DNA from: an uncultured virus (IMG/VR IMGVR_UViG_3300042945_003839)
Taxonomy: Duplodnaviria; Heunggongvirae; Uroviricota; Caudoviricetes
Length of the DNA stretch: 64,000 nt
IMG/VR virus record: IMGVR_UViG_3300042945_003839
Strand: one strand, 5' to 3'
Made by a program: the position numbers and the translations under genes. The notes under the pieces are model-generated. The model saw only the letters and a list, made by a program, of their open reading frames with translations, did not search any database and was not told the origin of the DNA. Positions 20,615-29,385 of this stretch are shown here, piece after piece (the first letter of the stretch is position 1; every line of letters begins with the position of its first letter).

Positions 20615-21439
20615 TTATGAAGTCCTGAAAGAAACTCCTGTTGAAGTATTGCTAGATGCAATTCTAAAAGCTACAGTGCCAGAACGTGTAGAAATAGAAG
20701 AAGGAGAATAAATTGGATATCCCCCTATTCTACCATTTGGAAAGGCAGAAGTATCTATAGTGACATAAAAATTCTTAGAAGCCAACAAAGAAGCTACGGC
20801 ATTATCTACCTGCTGAATACTATCTAGCTTTGACGCATTGTTTGGAATATTAATAGATAAAACAGGGTTTGCTCTTGCACCTAATGCTGCTGGCCCCCTC
20901 AAGCTAATACGACTAGGAATAATACCAGTTTGTAATTTCCAAAAGGATTTTATTTTCATTGACGAAGTTATTTCATCAAAATCTATTCTTGCAAAACCAG
21001 TTTCATTGTTACGCAGTCCTAGCTGAACAGAATCTAATAGTATTTCTAATCTAAATATATTATCCTGACGCTTTTCATATGCATCAATAGAACTAATAAT
21101 ATCATTAGGATTAGTCTGTAAGGATAAAGCAGCATTCCAGCCCGTTTGCCCTACTGAAACTAACTCATCTTTTTCAGGATCAAAAGAACTTCCGTTTTTG
21201 TTATAAATTCTAAAAGTATAGACACCAGTTCCAAGCTTATCTGAAGAAACATTTGTTGTATAAGTATTTAAATTACCACGCGTTAAAGAAAAACAATAAT
21301 TAGATATGTTACCAAAAACAAATTCAGCGTTACCAGTTATTCTACTGACAAACATATTTTTATGATCATGAACAAGGGCGTAGTAGCTACCTGGATATTG
21401 TGTGGTAAAAGTAAATACAAGATTAGCCATATGATTCAC
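20615..21439 (-). CDS. Protein with C-terminal CHRD-like domain
   Basis: GFARIDFD...RISLRGPAALGA..NPVL...FYVTIDTSAFPNGRIGG resembles the CHRD consensus AHIHGPAA.G...V / YVNVHT..FP.GEIRG. Confidence 0.6.
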   Translation of the reverse strand: MNHMANLVFTFTTQYPGSYYALVHDHKNMFVSRITGNAEFVFGNISNYCFSLTRGNLNTYTTNVSSDKLGTGVYTFRIYNKNGSSFDPEKDELVSVGQTGWNAALSLQTNPNDIISSIDAYEKRQDNIFRLEILLDSVQLGLRNNETGFARIDFDEITSSMKIKSFWKLQTGIIPSRISLRGPAALGARANPVLSINIPNNASKLDSIQQVDNAVASLLASKNFYVTIDTSAFPNGRIGGYPIYSPSSISTRSGTVAFRIASSNTSTGVSFRTS

Positions 21440-22262
21440 CCCTAAAAGAACTATCCATCTTCTGCATAAAGTCTGCTACACTATTAATAGGAATATTCCT
21501 CATGCGGCAATCTCCAAGAAGATTAATACTACACCCACAAACAATAGACGCTGCAATACTACTACCAGAAGTTTTCATATAAGAATCTGACGGAAAAGTA
21601 GACCACGTGTTACTTGCATTCACATCAACATAGAGCTTATTTTTATCAGGAACAAATTGAGAGCTTGGTTCCTTGGAAGAACTACAACATATAACACCGT
21701 CAAATGCTGCTGGATATAATATTTTATTTCCCCTAGTTACCTCCTTGCCAGATGAAGCTATAACTATGCATCCAACATCTACTGCTTTTTTAATCACTTT
21801 TTCTAAATATCTGTCATAAATTGGAGAGCCAGCGCATATCAAAATAATATCAACGTTATTAGTAATTGACCATATTATTCCGGCTGTTAAATTGTTTGTG
21901 TCTCCATCTCCAAAATCGTCCATCACCTTACAGAAATAATATCTTGCAGATGGAGCCATACCCATGATGGTGCTTGGATTAGACCCAGCGAGTATCCCAG
22001 TAACTATCGTAGCATGACCATGCTCATCCCATACTGTAGATTTTGAAGATAAAAGATCTACAAATGAAAGTTCAGAATGACATCCTATATTTGACATATC
22101 GCTATGAGCTGGAACTCCTGTGTCCAAAACAGCGACTTTAACATTCCCAGGATTCACATTAGGTATATGAAATCCAAAATTAGTTGGTAAATACCTAATG
22201 GGTTCTTTAACGCTTTTTACAGATTTTTTCCTATCAATTGGCTTCTTTAGTATGAGCTGCAT
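21423..22262 (-). CDS. Subtilisin-like serine peptidase (S8)
   Basis: VAVLDTG (Asp), HGHATIVTGIL (His), YPAAF, TSGSSIAA (Ser); likely start MQLILKK with GGAG SD. Confidence 0.85.
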   Translation of the reverse strand: MQLILKKPIDRKKSVKSVKEPIRYLPTNFGFHIPNVNPGNVKVAVLDTGVPAHSDMSNIGCHSELSFVDLLSSKSTVWDEHGHATIVTGILAGSNPSTIMGMAPSARYYFCKVMDDFGDGDTNNLTAGIIWSITNNVDIILICAGSPIYDRYLEKVIKKAVDVGCIVIASSGKEVTRGNKILYPAAFDGVICCSSSKEPSSQFVPDKNKLYVDVNASNTWSTFPSDSYMKTSGSSIAASIVCGCSINLLGDCRMRNIPINSVADFMQKMDSSFRGESYG

Positions 22263-22947
22263 TAATAAAATCTCCAATATCTTGTATATGTATTTTATCT
22301 TTTATATGAATATTTGGAGTGCACTCATTAAGCCTTAAAAATATTACATCTTTATTCATTGCAAAACCTGATAAAGCACAGAAGATATCATCAGTAACAA
22401 TACTTTCTACAGTATTACACTCATCATATCTTTTAATCAAATTTTGTCTTACGGGAACATGCCACAATCTGTTGTCTTCAATAAAAAAAGCATTTTTGAC
22501 ATATGACCTTAAATTGTTATTTTTTATCGCAACACCAGATATAGAACGATTTTTACGAGTCTTATTTTTAATTTTTATAGAAAATTTTGGCTCTAAAAAC
22601 GGTACAGAAAAATGATTAGCAACAGATTCCCATATAGAAATTTCACCTGAATTATATAAGCAATTCTGTATACTTTCAACATTCCCATATTTATTATTTA
22701 AAAACTTAGAAAACAACGGATCAGGATCTAAGTCCACAACCAAGTCATATGACTTTTGAATTTCACAATAATTAACGATTTGATTTTTACCGCCTATATA
22801 TGGAAAAGTTATTTCATCAATAGAATTTTTTTCAAGCAAATCAAAATCAACCGGTGTTGCATAGTATATTTGCAAAATGTTTTGCAAATATGACGCCAGA
22901 AAGCATGACCATTCAACTTGAGGCAATGATAGTAGTATCTTTTTCAT
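22234..22947 (-). CDS. Hypothetical protein, possibly a degenerate GT9-like glycosyltransferase
   Basis: MKKILL start, YDLVVDL, and IVTDD....LSGFAMNKDVIFL resemble heptosyltransferase-like motifs; weak. Confidence 0.4.
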   Translation of the reverse strand: MKKILLSLPQVEWSCFLASYLQNILQIYYATPVDFDLLEKNSIDEITFPYIGGKNQIVNYCEIQKSYDLVVDLDPDPLFSKFLNNKYGNVESIQNCLYNSGEISIWESVANHFSVPFLEPKFSIKIKNKTRKNRSISGVAIKNNNLRSYVKNAFFIEDNRLWHVPVRQNLIKRYDECNTVESIVTDDIFCALSGFAMNKDVIFLRLNECTPNIHIKDKIHIQDIGDFINAAHTKEAN

Positions 22948-22948
22948 T

Positions 22949-23539
22949 TTATAAATCTATTTTTACTGCGTTTCTCATAACTCTATCTTCTACATCAACA
23001 TCAGAAGAATCTTCATAGCCAGAATCTTCCATAGCATTTTCAGATAATCTTACAGACTTACTGCTCGCCTGCTTGATTGATTTGCCTTTTACTGCCATTT
23101 TTTGTTTCATTTTTTCCAATCGTTCTGCTTTTTCAGCATCATTAAGCAAAACAAGTTGACCATTTTTTATAAGTATAGATATAGCCTCTGGAATGGAGCC
23201 ATAAGTGGAAGAGATACTACCAATAGATTTTATGTCATCTAGTCCCATGAACTGTATTTTTGGCTCAAGACCATTCACTATAACACATTTACCACTAGCT
23301 GAACCAATATATTCTTTTTGACCACTTTGTTGCTCTGAAACAAGACGTTCATTACCTGACAGCAAAGATGGCTGCTTGACAACACTTGTTGCGATATGAG
23401 AGTCACGACCGTTTAAAACCAAAAGTCCAATAGCTCTCAATTTGTTCTCTATGCGATTAAATTCTTCAAAACTAATACGATAAGTTTTGTCGCCTATAAG
23501 CACAACCTTGTCTTCACTATAATCAAATATGGCTATCAA
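22949..23539 (-). CDS. Hypothetical protein with shared module
   Basis: Central segment YIGSASGKCVIVNGL...ISILIKNGQLVLL resembles the shared ~55-aa module; basic then acidic tail. Confidence 0.55.
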   Translation of the reverse strand: MIAIFDYSEDKVVLIGDKTYRISFEEFNRIENKLRAIGLLVLNGRDSHIATSVVKQPSLLSGNERLVSEQQSGQKEYIGSASGKCVIVNGLEPKIQFMGLDDIKSIGSISSTYGSIPEAISILIKNGQLVLLNDAEKAERLEKMKQKMAVKGKSIKQASSKSVRLSENAMEDSGYEDSSDVDVEDRVMRNAVKIDL

Positions 23540-24894
23540 TTTATTCTTTCCTTTATTATGCTAAAAACTTTATCCGCAGATGCATGCTGTATAGCAAATT
23601 TTTGAAGATCTTTATTTTTTTCGACATATTTTTTATAATGAATATACATATCTTTCATACCATCCGCAAGACTATTAATAAAAGATTCAGAAGTTAAATC
23701 TGCCATAATATGATCGTCCCAAAAATAAGCACCAGTTGCATTTTGAGGAACCTTTGAAAGACGGTCTATATCTAATAATAAACTATTTTTTGTGTTTAAA
23801 ATGTCTGCAACTGCACTTACATTAGTGCCAATCACAGGCAGACCACAAAGGCTTGCCTCCAAGTAGGGCAGGCCGTAACCTTCGCCCCTAGAGGGAAGTA
23901 CAAAGGCATTACAAGCCCTATAAAGACTGGCTATGCCATCTTCATTTAATTCTTTAGTAACACGCATAATGTGAGGTGGATTTTTTAAATTTAAATCATT
24001 AATAGTTTTTTCAACTTCGTCTTTAACACCACTAGCTGGACCAGATATCCTTTTTTTGCGACAGACAAGTATTAAAGAAACATCATCACTATTAGAAAAT
24101 GCCTTACAGTAAGCTTTTAACAATGCATCAGGTCCTTTTCTGTAGTTCCAATTAAAGACACTAATAAATTTAAAGCTCTTAGACTGATTACGTATATCTG
24201 CCCTATTTCCATCAATGCAATAAGTCTGAGAATCTACGATTCCAGGCACTACCGATATAGGACCGCTAAAATGTTGAGAAATTACACTCTTGCAAAAATT
24301 AGAGGTAGTCCATATCTCATCATACTTTTTAAATATATCTGAAAAGTTTTGTGGTATTGTATAAGATTCAACAGTGGTGTATAAAATTGATTTCTTCTTA
24401 CCACGAGCAGTATCAAAAGACGGAACAATACTGTCTATCACAACATCAGAAACTGTACTGTGAGTATAAGAAAAACTTGATCCTATTATTAGATCATTTC
24501 CTATTAGCCTTGGGTGAGCATGATCAATAGCATTAACGGAAATATTTACCCCTCGTTTTTTTAAGCATATAGCAAGATTTCTATTCACCTTGCCATATCC
24601 ACTGTAATCTAAAAACTGGCCTCTTAATAATATTCCGTTGCTTTCTTTATTTTTTTCTTTTACCATAGCCTGATAAAATTGCTCACTTTCTTTTTGAAGA
24701 GAAGATTCAAGAGTTGAATTGACATCCCATTCAACGGGATAAAAAGCTCCAGAACGTATTAATTTTCTAAGTGAAGTACTTTTTAATAAATCTTGTTTTG
24801 ATAATTCATAAAAATTAACTATTTCAGTTGGAGAAAAATTTCTATCAATATCAGAAATATAGACAGAATGACCTGTGCGATTCTGAATCTTCAT
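23536..24894 (-). CDS. GT4-family glycosyltransferase with extra N-terminal module
   Basis: SGYG, DEIWTTS.F, RKG.D.LL.AY, FVLPSRGEGYGLPYLEASLCGLPVI motifs. Confidence 0.9.
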   Translation of the reverse strand: MKIQNRTGHSVYISDIDRNFSPTEIVNFYELSKQDLLKSTSLRKLIRSGAFYPVEWDVNSTLESSLQKESEQFYQAMVKEKNKESNGILLRGQFLDYSGYGKVNRNLAICLKKRGVNISVNAIDHAHPRLIGNDLIIGSSFSYTHSTVSDVVIDSIVPSFDTARGKKKSILYTTVESYTIPQNFSDIFKKYDEIWTTSNFCKSVISQHFSGPISVVPGIVDSQTYCIDGNRADIRNQSKSFKFISVFNWNYRKGPDALLKAYCKAFSNSDDVSLILVCRKKRISGPASGVKDEVEKTINDLNLKNPPHIMRVTKELNEDGIASLYRACNAFVLPSRGEGYGLPYLEASLCGLPVIGTNVSAVADILNTKNSLLLDIDRLSKVPQNATGAYFWDDHIMADLTSESFINSLADGMKDMYIHYKKYVEKNKDLQKFAIQHASADKVFSIIKERIN

Positions 24895-24900
24895 AGTCCT

Positions 24901-24933
24901 TTATCGAAAGGTTTAAGATATATTTTTTTATAA
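24901..24933. promoter_or_regulatory. Overlapping divergent candidate promoters
   Basis: Plus strand AGG-N17-TATAA (24909-24933) toward 24942; minus strand AAAA-N15-TTCGATAA (24927-24901) toward the GT4 gene. Confidence 0.45.
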
Positions 24934-24941
24934 TAATCCTT

Positions 24942-26189
24942 ATGGCATATACATACGACACAACAAGCTATACAAAAGGCTTTATGATGCTAGGTTCATC
25001 AAAAATAAGAACGCTAGAAAGCCTCACGGACAATGTAAAAAAGCTAACATGTAGCGAAATAAGCTCACACTATTATGATACTGACAGATATCCAATAAGC
25101 GGCATCCCAATGCTTGCCTATAGAATGGTAAATGGAAAATCAGCTTTAAGAGTAGTAGATGTACAAGCAATTACTGGGTTACAAGGCAGCTTTGGCACTC
25201 TTACTGACAAAACTGTATTAAATGGATGCTCAGTGCAAGTTGCCACAAATGGACTAAATGATTATATATTGCATTTACAAAAACTTACGGATTTAGACTA
25301 TGTTCCAATGAATAAGTCCACAGACTATTCTGGTATGCAATGGCTACTTGATGAAGACCATTCTTTAGCCATAGTAACAACGGAACAACAGCCAAGAGCT
25401 TTTAAGAAATTTATGTTTGGACACAAGCTAATATTGTGTGGAGAATACTCAGACGGCTTTTCTCCTGTAGCCTTAATTGATATTGAATCTGCGTCTTCGT
25501 CTTATAGCCCAGCAGTTACTAGCGGCTTGATATTGCACTTAGACGCAAGTAATTCTGCAAGCTATCCTGGGTCTGGAACAACGTGGACAGATATAGTTGG
25601 AGGATACAACGGTACATTAACAAACGGACCAACATTTGTTAACGAAGATGGAGGGGTAATTAGCTTTGATGGAGATAACGACTATGTCAATATAGCTGAC
25701 AACGCAGCACTGAGAGGATCAACAACTGGAGAACTGACCATTCAAATATGGGCAAAAATATCCTCATTCACAGCAGGAGATGGATTGTTTGGAAAACAAT
25801 ATGGAGTGACTAAGGACTATGATGGTTACAGTCTTGCAATACAAACAAACAATGTCTTAAGACTGCAAATGAATGGACTGACTGTAAATGGTGGATATAA
25901 CAGTGCAAACAATGTTTGGAGTTTAAATACGTGGCATTTGTTTACTGCCGTGATAGACTTTGGAGGGTCTCCAAAAGCTTACGTGGATACAACAAATGTT
26001 GTTTCTGTAAATAATGCAGAAAACAGTATTCCAAACAACGACGCCTCTTTAAGAATAGGTCAGAGCATACAGGAAGGTACTCCATACCCTGTAATGAAAG
26101 TAGGAGCATTTTATGTTTATAATAGAGCATTAAGTGCTGCAGAAATTACAAGCAACTACAATGCAACAAAAGCAAGATTTGGATTATAA
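24942..26189 (+). CDS. LamG/concanavalin A-like domain protein
   Basis: C-terminal half GLILHLDASNSASYPGSGTTWTD...FDGDNDYV...YNRALSAAEITSNYNATKARFGL is paralogous to 59212..61198; only credible plus-strand gene. Confidence 0.85.
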   Translation: MAYTYDTTSYTKGFMMLGSSKIRTLESLTDNVKKLTCSEISSHYYDTDRYPISGIPMLAYRMVNGKSALRVVDVQAITGLQGSFGTLTDKTVLNGCSVQVATNGLNDYILHLQKLTDLDYVPMNKSTDYSGMQWLLDEDHSLAIVTTEQQPRAFKKFMFGHKLILCGEYSDGFSPVALIDIESASSSYSPAVTSGLILHLDASNSASYPGSGTTWTDIVGGYNGTLTNGPTFVNEDGGVISFDGDNDYVNIADNAALRGSTTGELTIQIWAKISSFTAGDGLFGKQYGVTKDYDGYSLAIQTNNVLRLQMNGLTVNGGYNSANNVWSLNTWHLFTAVIDFGGSPKAYVDTTNVVSVNNAENSIPNNDASLRIGQSIQEGTPYPVMKVGAFYVYNRALSAAEITSNYNATKARFGL

Positions 26190-26192
26190 AAT

Positions 26193-27761
26193 TTATTGAG
26201 AAAACTGTTTTAGCAAGAAATTTTTTGCTTCATTCTTGTCTTTTATTTCACCACTATCTTGAGCTTCAGCTAAAGCATTTTGCATTACATTTATAAATCC
26301 AGTTTTAGGATTTTTATCAGGAAACAAATCCATAATTTCTTTTCCATTCAAAAGCGGCTTAGTGCCCACCTTAGATCTTTCTTCAATAAACTTTTCGATT
26401 GTCTTGATTTGATCATGCTTCCCCTTGACTTCCTCATCATAATCAACTCCACCTTTACTCATAGAATCTGCTATCGCATGCATAAAAGTCAACCACCACA
26501 ATCTTGTTTTGGAATCATCGCCAATACTCATCGACTCAAAATCTCGTAAAAATTTACCAATAGATTTTGGACTTTGCATTTCTCCATGAGGACGCATATG
26601 TTCTTGAACAACTTTAGATATTAATTCTCTTTCATTTCCAAAACCAAGTCTCTTCAGTATTTCTACAGCAAGTTCAGCAGAGACATTCTCATGACCTGGA
26701 TAAGAAGAAGCATTAGGGTTGCTTTTACTTGGACGCACAATATTTGGGTCCATTTTACCAAAATCATGGAATATAGCTGCCATAACAGCAACCATTCTTT
26801 CTTTGTCTGAAACTCCAGCATCAATGAGCATATTATTTAAATTTTTTACTACATGAACAGTATGCTCAAGCAAATTATACTGATGATGAGGGTTGTTTTG
26901 ATCCATATGAATAGGCTTAAATCCATAAAGTTTTTTATGATGAAAGACTGGTAAATACAGACCACTTGAAAAGAAATGCCTTATAGCATCAGCAGGACGC
27001 TTACCAAGAACTAGCTTTTCAAGTTCTTTTCTTGCACGCTCTGGAGCGACTTTATCAAGATAAGACTTATGAACTTCTGGATGCTTCAATGCTTCAACCA
27101 ACTGTTCATCAAGCTCAAAGCCATACATTTGAGATAAAAAACGCAATGCCCTTAATGCTCTTAACGGATCTTCTTTTAAAGTTACTACAGGATCAACTGG
27201 CGTTCTTAAAATACCATTTTCTAAATCTTTTACCCCGCCTACATAGTCTTCGATTTTACCAGTATCAATATTATAATAAATTGCATTAATTGTTAAATCC
27301 CTTCTTTTTACGTCTTCTGTAGGATCATTTGTTGCAGATATTTCTGGAACTCTACTGGTAGGATTATAAATCTCTGTGCGCATAGGCACAAATTCTACCT
27401 TAATTCCATTAATATCTATAGCGCCTACTTTTAGTCCAGCACTTGTTTTCTTTTCACCCGGTTGAGTTTTTTCTAAACTTACTGCGTAAGGATCTTTTGT
27501 GTGCTTGCCTGCATTTTGTTCAATATCATAACGTCTAACGGCTTCTGCCACAGAGTTGCCATCACCTCCGCTAACAGCGATATCTATGTCGTCAGATACT
27601 TTGCCAAGCAACCTGTCCCTAACCCATCCTCCAGCGATCCTCAATTGAACACCTGAAGCGTATGCATCTCTGCCAGCCTTAATTACATTAAATATAGCAT
27701 GCTCTTCAGGAGTTAACTGAATAGATTTAGATATTTTGTCAGCAACTTTATACCAATTCAT
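26193..27761 (-). CDS. cca: Class II tRNA nucleotidyltransferase (CCA-adding enzyme) with HD domain
   Basis: AGGWVRD, DIDIA, EDxxRRDLTIN, DPLR..R..RF, ER...EL, HD-domain EHT...HDFGK...GHE...EHM...AD; flexible loop RTEIYNPTSRVP intact. Confidence 0.92.
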   Translation of the reverse strand: MNWYKVADKISKSIQLTPEEHAIFNVIKAGRDAYASGVQLRIAGGWVRDRLLGKVSDDIDIAVSGGDGNSVAEAVRRYDIEQNAGKHTKDPYAVSLEKTQPGEKKTSAGLKVGAIDINGIKVEFVPMRTEIYNPTSRVPEISATNDPTEDVKRRDLTINAIYYNIDTGKIEDYVGGVKDLENGILRTPVDPVVTLKEDPLRALRALRFLSQMYGFELDEQLVEALKHPEVHKSYLDKVAPERARKELEKLVLGKRPADAIRHFFSSGLYLPVFHHKKLYGFKPIHMDQNNPHHQYNLLEHTVHVVKNLNNMLIDAGVSDKERMVAVMAAIFHDFGKMDPNIVRPSKSNPNASSYPGHENVSAELAVEILKRLGFGNERELISKVVQEHMRPHGEMQSPKSIGKFLRDFESMSIGDDSKTRLWWLTFMHAIADSMSKGGVDYDEEVKGKHDQIKTIEKFIEERSKVGTKPLLNGKEIMDLFPDKNPKTGFINVMQNALAEAQDSGEIKDKNEAKNFLLKQFSQ

Positions 27762-27781
27762 AGAAGTATATATTAATACAT

Positions 27782-27818
27782 AAAAAGCAACCCGCCCTCC
27801 TTTCGGAGAGCGGGTTGC
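27782..27818 (-). terminator. Rho-independent terminator after the major capsid gene
   Basis: Minus strand GCAACCCGCTCTCC-GAAA-GGAGGGCGGGTTGC-TTTTT: 14-bp stem, GAAA tetraloop, U-tract. Confidence 0.9.
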
Positions 27819-27848
27819 GATTTAAAAAACCCTATATTTACCTAGCTA

Positions 27849-28721
27849 TTAGGATGCACGGTAAACTTCGATCTTCGAGATGGCGTAATCGTTCATAACA
27901 ACGATGCCGACTTCTTCGTAGATTACCCAACCAAGACGGAGCTTCTTTGGATCATCTGCTGGAAGGACTGTGATGTCCTGGCGGATGGGGAAGGCACCGA
28001 CAGTGTCGGGAGAAGCGCACACCAATACGGTCTGAGCGTCAAGCTGGGAGCTGACGTGGATGTCAGCAGTCCAGAGGTGACCATAGAGACCGGTGGTGAG
28101 GATTTCACGAGTGGTAGCCTCATCATAGAAGGTCTTACCAAACACGCGGAAACGAGCATACTGAAGGGGGTGAGCAACAACCTTGCTTGCGACAAGATCG
28201 TGAGTCTCAATCAAACGGTATGCAACGTTGAGCGAATCAGTGGTCAAGTCACCGGTGTTACCAACGACTTGATCATTGCGAGCATCAGCAGCAGCAATCA
28301 GAGCGCTGAAGATATTGCGATCTTCTTCCTTCTGAATGGCTTCCTTTGCCTTGATCTGAGCACGGTCAACGATATAGAAGCGACGTGCCTTGATCTCGCT
28401 CAAACGAATTGTTGGGTGAGCAGCGATCTCAAAAGTTGGAACGAGGACTTCCTCGCCTTCCTGAATCTGATCGGGAACTGCACCCTGACGGGCAATAACA
28501 GTTGCTGTAGAGGCAACATCGCGCTCATAGCGGGGAAGAGCGCCTTGTGGGAGCTCATCTACCATGAGAAGCTTGCGGCCTACAGCCTGATACTCTAGTG
28601 AACGGCGGATTGGCTCCACCATGGCCTGTGCGAGAGCAGTGCGGCCTTCCTCGGTTGCGAGGGCTTGGGCAATCACTGCCTCCTTTTCATCATAGGTCAA
28701 ACCATCTTTATTTAGTGACAT
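27849..28721 (-). CDS. Major capsid protein (HK97 fold)
   Basis: Likely start MSLNKD (AAAGGA SD), ~290 aa; GRKLLMVDELPQGA, PTFEIA..P, EED..IF motifs; strongly biased codon usage; follows protease and decoration genes; followed by a terminator. Confidence 0.85.
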   Translation of the reverse strand: MSLNKDGLTYDEKEAVIAQALATEEGRTALAQAMVEPIRRSLEYQAVGRKLLMVDELPQGALPRYERDVASTATVIARQGAVPDQIQEGEEVLVPTFEIAAHPTIRLSEIKARRFYIVDRAQIKAKEAIQKEEDRNIFSALIAAADARNDQVVGNTGDLTTDSLNVAYRLIETHDLVASKVVAHPLQYARFRVFGKTFYDEATTREILTTGLYGHLWTADIHVSSQLDAQTVLVCASPDTVGAFPIRQDITVLPADDPKKLRLGWVIYEEVGIVVMNDYAISKIEVYRAS

Positions 28722-28785
28722 GTTTGTATATCCTTTCAAAGTTTTATTTTGTTATATTGATCTCAACAAGAATACCAATATAAAA

Positions 28786-29355
28786 TTACTGAACGTTCAT
28801 GTAGAAACGGAGGAAGGTGCCAAGAGACAAGCTGCCATTAACTGCAGCAGTGTTTCCAGCAACGCCACCGTCGTCTACGCCAGGAACACCGCTTGGATAA
28901 GCGCGTGGCCCGTCAATTATGTATCCAATCTGATTGCCCATGCTAGAAGACACACTGGTCAACTTACCATTACCGTTGCAGTAAAGAGCTGCACCAGCTG
29001 TATAAGACTGACCTGTGTCATACTGGTCAGTGTAAAATTCTCCAATACCAGTATAAACAGTCATCTTTCCAGAACCAACAGTCTCATTAAAGAAATCAGA
29101 GACACGGTTTTGAGTTGCACGAGTGCCGCCAGCAGCATTTACAACCAAAGAAGCTCCATAGGGCTTATTTGGACCAGTGCTTTTTGCGCTGTCTCCTGCT
29201 ATACCAAACACGATGTCAGTGTTAGAACTCTTTCTAACTACTGAGGACTCAGCGCCTGAATTTGCACTGAGCTTAACGCCCATGCCCTCAACAATGTCTG
29301 TAGCAGTGGTGGGGAGCTGGGTTGCTATTGTGTGAAAAACTTCAATTAAAGCCAT
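28786..29355 (-). CDS. Capsid decoration/cement protein
   Basis: Between scaffold and MCP; FGIAGD, SGKMTVY..GEFYTDQY, G..LY...NGKLT beta-tulip-like motifs; AAGGAG SD. Confidence 0.7.
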   Translation of the reverse strand: MALIEVFHTIATQLPTTATDIVEGMGVKLSANSGAESSVVRKSSNTDIVFGIAGDSAKSTGPNKPYGASLVVNAAGGTRATQNRVSDFFNETVGSGKMTVYTGIGEFYTDQYDTGQSYTAGAALYCNGNGKLTSVSSSMGNQIGYIIDGPRAYPSGVPGVDDGGVAGNTAAVNGSLSLGTFLRFYMNVQ

Positions 29356-29385
29356 TTTTATTCTCCTTAAGAATTAATTTGCAAG

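Noticed and set aside
27849..28721. Encapsulin nanocompartment (small HK97 shell with nearby enzymes)
   Set aside because: Terminase, portal, protease, neck and tail genes show it is a phage capsid.
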